Assembly: GCF_009914755.1 (NCBI RefSeq)
Contig: NC_060926.1
Strand: one strand, 5' to 3'
DNA length: 64,000 bases
Source: the human T2T-CHM13v2.0 reference genome, Homo sapiens
A model generated the notes under the pieces. It worked only from the letters and a program-made list of their open reading frames with translations, had not been told where the DNA came from and searched no databases. The position numbers were made by a program, and so were the translations under genes. Shown one piece after another: positions 54,620 to 64,000 of the stretch. How positions within the stretch are numbered: position 1 is the first letter of the stretch; each line of letters begins with the position of its first letter.

Positions 54620-55500
54620 CCCCAGACCCTGTTTTAGAAAATTCATCTATGATAAAGATGGCACATGCATCAAAGAGCCTATAGCCACCGGAGAAGAGAA
54701 GCAAGCAAACCAGATGATGACAACATGATGCAGTATGTATTCCTGTGGAGCAATATATATGCTTGGGATGCAACAGAAACACAGAGGGAGTTTGCCTAAT
54801 CGCTGAAAGGACTGAAAGATGAAAATGACCCAGAAAGGTTTATAAGAAGAGGTGGTAGTTAGGCAAATACTGTTAGTTGTGTATTTAATATTTACTCTTG
54901 TCCTTATTAACATGATGGCAATTTTTATTCAGTGTGGCAATATGCTCAGCTGAGAGATTATATTTTTCAGCCTAATGAACATATGACTACGTTTTGACTA
55001 GTGAGAGGTAAATGGGCATTTTGATGAGTTTTCCATGAAGGCTCCTTACAGGGAGAAACAGACAGAACTCTTTCTTTTTCCTTTCCTTTCTTCTTCCTTC
55101 CTACCTGGAATATGGGTGTGATAGCTGGAGCCCCAGCAGCCGTGTTGGATGATAGGTGAGCTTGAGAATAGGATCCAAGGACTAAGGATGGCAAAGCAGG
55201 AAAACATAAGGAATCTGACTTCCTAATGATCATGGTGCCCATAATACAGTTCTAGATTGCCTCTCAACTCCTTTTACATAAAACTAAATAAATAAATAAA
55301 CTCATATACCTTAGCTATTATTCTTTTGGGCCTCCTTAATGCTAACCTATATTGTGCTCATTGAGCTAAGTTTTGAGAGATTAGTTAGAATTGACAAGGT
55401 GGACAAAAGGCAGAAGGGAAAAGCTTTAGCAAAACCCCAGGAGCATGAAGGCATATGCAGTACTCAAGGACTTGAAGGTGGTTCTGCTTAGCAATGAGGT
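54620..55500 (-). mobile_element. L2 fragment interrupted by MLT1J
   Basis: Purine-rich antisense L2 motifs either side of the LTR (AGAAGAGGTG...TTGAGCTAAGTTTTGA). Confidence 0.5.
54860..55355 (+). mobile_element. MLT1J-like LTR
   Basis: CCTGGAATATGGGTGTGATAGCTGGAGCCCCAGCAGCCGTGTTG...AAGGATGGCAAAGCAGG. Confidence 0.75.
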
Positions 55501-56149
55501 TGGGAAATAGAGCAGCTACTCTCTTGCAGGCAAACTACCTCTACTACTACATCTAGGTCTTTAGGAATTAATATGTGGCCACACCTGAGGACTGCCACAT
55601 ACTTACTGGATCCAGGACGCAGGTGAGAGCATTTGTCTTAATGAGCTAGAGAGAGACTACCTGCACAGTAATAGGAGGGAAAGAGGATGAGGAGGGAGGA
55701 GATGCCAGGAGAGGTGTATGTTTAGAAGCTTCTGCATCTGTAGGTTGATATTGTTTGTTTTCCCTGTGAAAGAGAGAGCCTGGAAGAGATGGGGTTTGAG
55801 GAGAGCAGAGGAAGTTTGAACAGCTGCTGTTCATTTATGCCTTTGTGTCCTTGTGTATCAAGTATTCCCCAATTAAAATGATTTCATGGTTCTCCTCCAG
55901 CTCCTGTCTACCTGATCAAGAATTTGTTTTGATTCCCTCTTATCGAATCTCCACTGTGAAGACTTCCTTGGCTGCTGGGACAAGCTCTCCTTCCTCTGAA
56001 CTCTTTTACCCTGTATTGCCTAGTCATCATAGAGAGCTTTGCTTTGTGTGGTATCTGTGGTTGTCCATGACCCTACCTTCAATCATGGTGATGAAAAAAA
56101 AGAAAAAGAAAAAAAAAAAAAACAGAAAGAGTTTTAAAATGACCCGAAC

Positions 56150-56310
56150 CTATGACCTTGGATATTCAATCTCTCTAAGCATCATTTTCCTCAACTGCAC
56201 AATGAGGGAATGTCACTATCTTGAAGAGTTGTTATGAAGATTCAGAGTAGGCATGTAAAGTGCTTAGCACTGTGCTGGGTGCATAACAGGCATTTAACTG
56301 GAGGTGGCTT
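56150..56310 (+). mobile_element. MIR
   Basis: TGACCTTGG...TTTCCTCAACTGCACAATGAGG...ATGTAAAGTGCTTAGCACTGTGC. Confidence 0.7.
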
Positions 56311-58524
56311 TTGGCATTATTTCTACAATACGTACGATACACTTAATAATCACTCTCAGTTGAGGCAGATCCAGACCCCAGGGTCTCTATACATTGTAAT
56401 CCTAGACCAAGTTGTCCATCAGTTGGAAACTTCTGTCCACAGCCCCTTTGCTGCCTCAATGACCATATCACCTCTTGGTGATAGAAGGATCTCACAGTTC
56501 ACTCTGGTTTTGAGCAGGGGCTGAGTCTCAATATAGGTAGGGCCTGGCACAGTGAGGAACATGCAGGGAGCACCCAATGCATCCTTATTTCATGAATGAA
56601 TGAAAGAATGAAGAATGAAATAATTAACGAATAAAAAAAGAACTTCTTTTTGGGAGAAAGCAGTTCCCTTTCCCTTGATTTCCACTTGGGTCAAAATATC
56701 CCTGTCCTTGCAAAAATTAGGACTTGGGTGCTTGAAACTTTATCCATGCAACTTAACTCCTCATTTCTTTATTTTTGTCAATCTAGTTTGGACAGAACAG
56801 GTAGTAAAATGCAAAGGAAGATCTCTGGGAAAAACGAGACTCTTAAAAACCTTTTGAAAGACTCCTGAGCAGGCCAAGTGTACATTTAGCTCCTACTTAT
56901 ACTTCAGCAGGCAGCAGCGACACAAAAGCTGGGCCTGTGTTCCTGCTCCACAAAGCACCTGATTCATGAGACAGCTTTGCGGGAATTTAATTAGTGAAGG
57001 AATGTGCAAAGCTTAAGCGCTTCAGATGTCATTAACCATTGGGGAGGGGAAAAGGAGTCAAGGAAGGCCTAACAGATGTTTGATTCAGACTCGTTCCTGC
57101 GAAACAGATCATTGCACACATCGTTTTTCTATTTGGGTAGCTCTTGGGTAAATCTTGTTAATGATATTTCATTCTTTCAGGAACCTAGTTTAACATGTGT
57201 CCGGTTTAAAGCAGAGAAATGCACCTTCTGCCTCTCAAGGGGAAATAGGCTGACCGTTTTTAAAAAAATCTGGTTCTTTCACGATTGCTTTTCTAAAGTC
57301 ACTATTTCAACACATTGCATGTTGAATCCATGAGTTGAATGAACATGAATCTTTAGTTTCAGAAAGTGAAATTGTGGTCAATCTGTGAAGGAACTGCATG
57401 TTTTGGTTTTGATGGCTCTAAGTGTTTAATAGCACTTTACTCCATCTAAACCGGATTGCCATTTTGTTCATAGAGAAGTATTCTGTGAGGTTTTTAGCTT
57501 AAGTGGCCAGCCATCAGGGCTGCTTCCAGTCCTGGGTTGGCAGTAAAGGCCTCAGCTGGTCTCAGAGGCGGAGTGTTGCTAGAATAGACTCAAGCTGGAC
57601 TCCCACTGGTTGAAATGGACAGCATTTGTTGCTCTTCCAACAAAACTAAAACTGCCTTTTTTTACAAATAGGAACAGGCTACTAGATGTTGTCATAGAAA
57701 TAAGAAATGCAAGAATCTTTAGGCCATCTGATTTATCTCTCTACCAGCTCCTGTTTACAGCCTATTTGTCAGTGCCCATTCCAAGTTCTCTGTTCTTAAC
57801 ATCTCAGGATGCTCGCTTTTGGGGACAGAATTAGAAAAGGAAGGAAAAGATGATACCAACTAGACTTGCTTTAAATCCATGTAGGCTTCAACTGACTTTT
57901 GAGTATTTTAAAGAGCAAGTTCCTAGAACTTTTTTTCTGTGAAAGTGTTAGTGTAATGGTGCTCAGAAACTGATTGCTGCCATGCCTAAATTACCCTCTA
58001 TCAAAGCATAATACTAACCACTCATAAGATGAGAAGAAGAAAATCAGCAAAGCAGATTTCCTGTCTTGGTTTCCTTGATTTCTGGACTTCCCCACTCCAA
58101 ATGCTTAGAAATGAACACTTAACTATCTGCCACTGCCATCAAGGTTGCTATATGCCCTTTTCTAAGTTTGACCATTTCAATATTTAGCAGTGAATTGTCA
58201 TGTACGGTAACTGATCCCAAGAATAAAAAAAGTTTTCTGGTATTTGGACATGATGCAAAATGTTCTGGACAGCCAGTAATATATCTTCCATAGCCCTTCT
58301 CTTTCAATTTTTTAAAAATTGCAATTAGTAGTTTTTACTTGTTCATTCAACCAACAACTATTTGTTGAGTGTCTCCTCTGTGTCAGGTTCCACAGAGAGA
58401 ATGGAGACTAAGACACCATCCCTGCATTTGCAGTGAGGTTGGCAAGCAGCAGCATTTAGAAAGAGAGAGTCCAAGCAGGGCTGGAGCCAGCTGCACAGGG
58501 GAGGTCAGAGACAACTGTCAGGAT

Positions 58525-58664
58525 CAGGGTCTCCATGTACAATTGTGTTGCCCAAGATGCAACTGATAGGGGGGCTTTGCACCAGTCTGAATATGTCTCC
58601 AAATGGAAGAAGGGAACCTTTTCTTACATCTCACAAAGGCATTATACATGTTAGCAGTGAACCA
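58525..58664 (+). mobile_element. MER91B-like hAT-Tip100
   Basis: CAGGGTCTCCATGTACAATTGTG...CACAAAGGCATTATACATGTTAGCAG; perfect 8-bp TSD GTCAGGAT at 58517-58524 and 58665-58672. Confidence 0.65.
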
Positions 58665-58953
58665 GTCAGGATGCATATATCTTTAACTAACCACAGTTTT
58701 TAGGTAATTCCATTTCATATTTCTATACTAACATTTTTAAAGCTTCACATTTTTATATTATGCTTGCTCAGTTCAATATCCTGGAAATGAAAGCATACAA
58801 CTCTCATAGAGTTTGCAGACAGGTCTATGGAATGATTAAGTTAGTACACAAAGAGGAAATCGTATTTGTTCCACTCTTTTAATACTGCATGGACCTGGAA
58901 GAGCAACACCTCTATCCCCCCACCCTCCAAAAGCATTAGAAAAAGCCAGCTGG

Positions 58954-59280
58954 GGCCGGGCACGTTGGCTCACGCCTGTAATCCCAGCACTTTGGGAGGC
59001 TGAGGCGGGCAGATCACAAGTTCAGGAGATCGAGACCATCCTGGCTAACACGGTGAAACTCCTTCTCTACTAAAAAATACAAAAAAATTAAAAAATTAGC
59101 CGGGCGTGGTGGTGGGCGCTTGTAGTCCCAGCTACTCAGGAGGCTGAGGCAGGAGAATGGCGTGAATCCAGGAGGCGGAGCTTGCAGTGAGCCGAGATCA
59201 CGCCACCGCACTCCAGCCTGGGCGACAGAGCGAGACTCTGTCTCAAAAAAAAAAAAAAAAAAAAAAGAAGAAGAAGAAGA
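58954..59280 (+). mobile_element. AluY with A22(GAA)n tail
   Basis: AluY diagnostics, CpG-rich; perfect 16-bp TSD AGAAAAAGCCAGCTGG at 58938-58953 and 59281-59296. Confidence 0.96.
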
Positions 59281-59634
59281 AGAAAAAGCCAGCTGGTGAG
59301 GTGACAAGGGCAATTTGCTGAGTCTTTTAAAAAGGAAACAAAGCTAAAGCAAGTTCAAACACATTACATTTTAAGTCAATAGAGGCAGGCTAAAGAACGT
59401 TAAAAAAGGATAGTCTTTTGGGAATAAATCTTGTGGCAAACTATCTATCAGGAGACATGTTTTTATACCAATGCTTCCTGAACAACTGAAGAAGAGCCAA
59501 GATAAGGACACTTTCCTGGAAAAAGTTTTAAATATCATCAAATCAGTGTTTCAGGACTTTTTTTTTTTTCAGTGCTTTAAAAATATTTAGCATCAGTCTT
59601 TTCTTTTTTTTCTACAAATTTATCTATTTTCTAG

Positions 59635-59722
59635 GAGATATTACAAACCCTCCAGCTTGCCATCCATATCTGTTTCAAGAATGGAGCCCAAATGTTAGCA
59701 CAGAATCACTGTAATCAAAATG
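59635..59722 (+). ncRNA. Candidate 88-nt internal exon (lncRNA-like)
   Basis: Long pyrimidine tract ending TATTTTCTAG, donor ATG|GTAAGT. Confidence 0.4.
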
Positions 59723-59749
59723 GTAAGTCCAGAGGGTGCTGCTTGATTT

Positions 59750-61510
59750 TGACTGTCATTTATCACTCTGTCTAAATGGTTTCCATTTATCATTGAAATG
59801 TTATCTGGAAGGCAAATCCTGTGTCTGGAGGCATGCAATGTTTTGCATCTACTCTACAGAAATAGGTGGGATCAGATTTGGACAACTATAACCCAGTAGA
59901 TTGAGAACATTCCCCTGAAGATAGGACTCCAGACAGGTGTTCATGGGTCTGGTCCACCATTACTGCTCAATCCATCTCCCAGAGCAGTGTTGGATCACTG
60001 GGAAAGTGGCCTGCTGCTCTCTCAGAAGGTCCAACCCAGAATGGAGTCTTTGTGTCCCCTGACTGTTGTCTCACTGATTTTTCTTTATATGTCTCTTGCA
60101 TTTCCCTAAGCTCTATTGAATGCTTAGTTCATTGCTCACTGATTTCCAATGTGACTTAGTAGAGAAACCAAAACTCAAGCCTTTGAAAGAAATCACATCT
60201 CTTTTCTTAAAACTATAGGGTTTTGTGATGGGGCTTATTGGGTGTCTTTGTGGCAGGGGGGTTCCATCCAGTCTGTTATGTTTAGTACTACTGCCCTGAG
60301 TAGTGGATTTAGTTTCTCTAAAACCCATTATTCTCCCTAATGGGAGTTACAGAGGAACATACCTTGTCCCCTTCTATCTTTTCTAGGTAAGACCCTAGAA
60401 ATTTATGCACAGAAGCTCTAACTACATTTCTGTGAAGGGGACAAGGGTCTGTCTCATTCTTCCTTAGGATTGTTGGAGCTGCCGTGCCACTGGCCAGTGT
60501 CATACTTTGACCCAGGAAAGTAGCATACTCCGCCCCAAGCCTCAGAGCACCATGTACTTTCATGCACCTTCCTCCAAGGAGGTCCTACACAGGTGCATGA
60601 AACTGGCTGGGATGGGTAGTACCACCTGAATGGAGAACCATGAGGCCAAATGGAACCCTGTGGCCCCCATCTCCATTTTTCCCCATAGTGGTGGGATCAA
60701 GCAGATGCCCTGAGGAGTTTCATGATTCTTGTCTATGGATTTGTCCCAGCCCATGGCCAGTAGGGTCTTGAATGGCCATCTGGCTAGCAGACGAGAGTCA
60801 CTAATCTGTAAGCTTTTTCCTTCATAGGATCATGCAAGATTGGGCCACCAGAATGGTGCTGATATAAGGATTTGGGGTGACTCTCACTGATGCTGGACAT
60901 AAGATAAGGTCAGGGCTCTGAGCTCTGGATCGTCCCACCCTGGAGCTTGAATTGCATTTGTTGGCCTTTGTTGGCTCTCACCCATTTGTGTTCTGATTAT
61001 GGTACCAGGTCTACAGTATCCAAGCATGGGAAGGTGGTGCAAACATCCTTCACCCTGTATGTCCCACACAATCTCCCTACCCTCTTTACAGGCTCCATGC
61101 CATCTTTTGGGCTGGTCCCAAAGGGTGACTGCTCTTGTGCTCCAAGAGCTTTTGAGACTGTTGCTTCATAACTCCAACAGCCCCTTCCAATTGATGAGCT
61201 CTCTTGCTTCCAATCAATATGATATCATCTTACTCTTACTCCTTGTTAGGACCAGTCCTAATGAGGGACTAACATCTCTCCAAGGACTAGGATTGCTTTG
61301 CCTGCTCAGCCTAGAGGCCCTCTGCCTCTCTGCCCCTGTGGTGCTGGTGTACAGGCCTGCAGGCAATATTGAGACAGACCACAGTCTAGAAATTCACTGA
61401 TTGTGGTGTAAAGAGAAATATTGTCTTATGCCTGTGCTATAAAATTCCAAAAGGAAAATTTTACATCATTTACAAAATTATTGTATACATTTGATTTTTG
61501 ATCACCATCA
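59750..61510 (+). mobile_element. Probable 5' region and ORF2 start of an ancient non-L1 LINE (RTE-X/L4-like)
   Basis: Decayed APE-endonuclease N-terminal motifs in order at 61157-61365; the 5' boundary is a guess. Confidence 0.45.
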
Positions 61511-62284
61511 ACAAAGCACAGTAACAACCTTTGAGAGAGCCACTGGAGCAAGTATTCATGGGCTGCGGGTTGCATGGTGCATGTCATAAGTACCACTGTG
61601 ACCGACACTAAATAATTGGAGTTGAAGAACTGCAGAGGCAAAAGATATGTATCGTTTCAACGCAAATTGCTTCTTTGTGAGTAATAACAACATTGCTACC
61701 TTTTACTTGTGGAGAGCGATGTAAAAAAAAATTAGCCAAGACCAGCACATTTGACAAGAAAGAAAATAACAAGATGGCTTGTGGACTTAAATGGGAAATG
61801 TAGTGTCAGGACGCCATGAAGAATCTTCATGTGCACTCATTGGACTGTGAAGAAATATGTAAGTACCTCTTCTCTATCCACTATTCAAAATTCTCCTCAC
61901 TAAATTATGATAGCTCACATGCACCTGTGAGCTTCATAATATATTATTATAATCAAAATGTTTATATAGACAAGGGTCTCACAAAAAATATTTACCTGGA
62001 TTGCCCACATAGTCTTAGAGCAGCCCTGTCTCTGACTTATGCAGCTGGGGGAATATGTTTGACTTTAATCTCCAAGATTTTGCTCAATATTCTGATTCTC
62101 AGGACACTCCTTAGGGTCCCTTGAAGATGGTGATAAAGCGCCTGCCCTTCTAGGACAGCAGGTTCCCCATTCTCCTTTCTTCTGTCCCCAGAGAATAGAC
62201 CTGCTACCATCCTCACAGGATTTGATGCTTGCATCTCATTATATGGACTGGATTTGGGCTTTGGGGATTTTAAAATTATTTAAT

Positions 62285-63070
62285 ATTTCATTCAGCAAAG
62301 ACATTTATTCAGTTCAGTTCTTGCTATGTACCAAGCAATGTAATTGGCACAGGGCTTACAAAGATGAATAAGACTTGGTCTGCACCCTCCAATAGCTCAC
62401 ACTATAGTAGGAAGATGTCAATAAACAGGGCACCAATGAATAGGCGCTATCAGCAGACATATGCAGAGTGTAGACGAAGTCTTAGCAAGAGGATCGGGGG
62501 TCCTACAGAGAGAAAGGCTTGAGGAGCTTCATAGAAGTCTCTTTAAACTAAGCTTTGAAAGACGACTTGGGGATTCACCGGGCCAGATGGGATGGGAGGG
62601 AGGGAACGGGCAATCGAGCTGCTGGGCGGAGGTGAGCAGATGGACCGGATGCAAAGCATATGACACACCAGGGAAACTGTAAGTAGGTTCTGTGTGGCTG
62701 GGGTGTAGGGAGGGGCTCAGCAAAGGAGGAGGCTGGAGAGGAGGGAAGGACCAAGATTACAGAAGGCTTAATGTGCTCTGCTCAGGAATCTGGGCTTTAG
62801 ACTGTGGACGGTGGAGAAGCACTGATGGTATTATGTTACGAGGCACATGATCTTATTTTGTTTTAGAAATGTAAGTCTCTAAGAAGTACAGATTATAATT
62901 TGGGGAGAGATTGAGGGCAGGGGAAAGTTAGGAGGATGTATTGGTACACAGTCCAGAGGGGATTGAGAATCTAAGGTTGCAGCCCTCGGTAAGAAAAAGG
63001 CAGGTTAATGATTGGAAAATCCATGTGTAGATAGTAATCACTCAAGATAAAGGCAAGAGTCAGGACGGCT
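62285..63070 (-). mobile_element. L2 3' portion
   Basis: TTCATTCAGCAAAGACATTTATT...CAAAGATGAATAAGACTTGGTC...CATGATCTTATTTTGTTTTAGAAA. Confidence 0.8.
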
Positions 63071-63074
63071 TCTC

Positions 63075-63290
63075 TGTTACAAATGTTTGGGCTGCAAGAA
63101 AACTCAACTAATAGTGGAGTTTTTCCTCTCCAGTAAAGATTCTGGAACTACAGGCTGCTGACATTGGTTGAGAGTCACAACACTATCCGGGTTTCTGCTC
63201 TGGACATCATGCCAACATTCAAGGCAGGAAGAAAGGGGAAGAGGCAGCACAGGCAGTATCTGTCCCAGTTTTCTTTCCATCCCAACTGTC
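63075..63290 (-). mobile_element. MLT1K/L-like LTR fragment
   Basis: TTTGGGCTGCAAGAAAACTCAACTAATAGTGG...CATTCAAGGCAGGAAGAAAGGGGAA. Confidence 0.55.
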
Positions 63291-63599
63291 CGCTGTCTTC
63301 TGTCTTGATCAAGAAAAGAAAAGGAGCACGAAACAGTCTAAGCCTTATCAGAGGGCACCAGGAGGATAATGAAACACATCCCCACCACTGGAGACTCACG
63401 TTGAACTTGCCCAGGCTTTGTTGGTGCCTTGCTGGTAGTTTGCCATCTCTAGAAATCGAAAGAGCAAGAACAAGAGGCATGTATGTATGAGAAGGGTGTT
63501 TATGAAAGGGGCCTTGCCCCTAGTTTAAGCAACAGAAGCTATAAGCAAGGAAGCTGAGTCTGCTTCCTCAGGGACCTTTATAAGGAGAGCAAAGTGGCT

Positions 63600-63830
63600 A
63601 CTATTTATCAAGCAGTTTCTATTTGCTATGTGTCAGGCCACACTCTTCATGGCTTACATGCTTTTACTCCACTCATCTCAGATTCGAGGTAGATAGCATC
63701 ACCACATTTTGAATAAAAGAAATTGAAGCTCAGGGTGCTTCCACTGCCCAAGACAACCCAGCTAGCAAGTGGCAAGCCAGGAGTCGAACTAAGGCAGGAC
63801 AACTCTGAGGCCACAAACATGCTCAGCTGC
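63600..63830 (-). mobile_element. MIR
   Basis: CTATGTGTCAGGC...AAATTGAAGCTCAG...GCCCAAGAC...GCTAGCAAGTGGCAAGCCAGGAGTCGAAC. Confidence 0.7.
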
Positions 63831-63888
63831 CTTGGTGCTGCTGGGTACAGTCTTGGCCCAGGAGAACCAAAGCCCTAAAGTCCATTAT

Positions 63889-64000
63889 GGCTGGGCACAG
63901 AGGCTCATACCTGTAATCCCAGTACTTCGGGAGGTCAAGGAAGGGGGATTGCTTGAGCCTAGGAGTTCAAGACCAGCCTGGGCAACATAGTGAGACCCTG
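63889..64000 (+). mobile_element. Alu left arm (AluJ/FLAM-like), cut by the window end
   Basis: GGCTGGGCACAGAGGCTCATACCTGTAATCCCAG...GAGTTCAAGACCAGCCTGGGCAACATAG. Confidence 0.9.

Noticed and set aside
61211-61231. Minus-strand DDIILIG as a retroviral RT motif
   Set aside because: It lacks the preceding Y-x and the downstream RT motifs; the + strand endonuclease reading explains more motifs.

Overview
This is primate (very likely human) euchromatic DNA, rich in interspersed repeats. It contains about 14 Alu or Alu-monomer copies, a near full-length decayed L1PA16-type element (about 29978-37347), and several L1M fragments. It also contains a complete two-LTR MSTA-type MaLR provirus nested in an L1MA, THE1/MLT1/ERVL solo LTRs, DNA transposon fossils (MER58A, Tigger4b, MER53, MER5A, ORSL, MER91B), many MIR/L2 remnants and several microsatellites. 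I recognise no conserved protein-coding exon, rRNA, tRNA or CRISPR array. The best finding is a + strand four-exon spliced model (26102-26158, 30501-30611, 37563-37587, 43324-43436). It has GT-AG junctions and consistent phases and gives an uninterrupted 101-aa ORF, built largely from exonised L1 sequence. It looks like a young, TE-derived lincRNA or de novo ORF. From memory only, and unverified, it resembles C1orf143/LINC02869-type annotations, so no gene symbol is assigned. Also notable are several local templated-insertion scars (a MIR head copied into an Alu head, an L1 ORF1 segment copied into its own 5'UTR, snap-back hairpins), a probable 5' fossil of an ancient RTE-X/L4-like LINE, and further candidate exons and splice motifs. 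Subfamily names come from remembered consensus features, not from a RepeatMasker run, and boundaries of old repeats are approximate.
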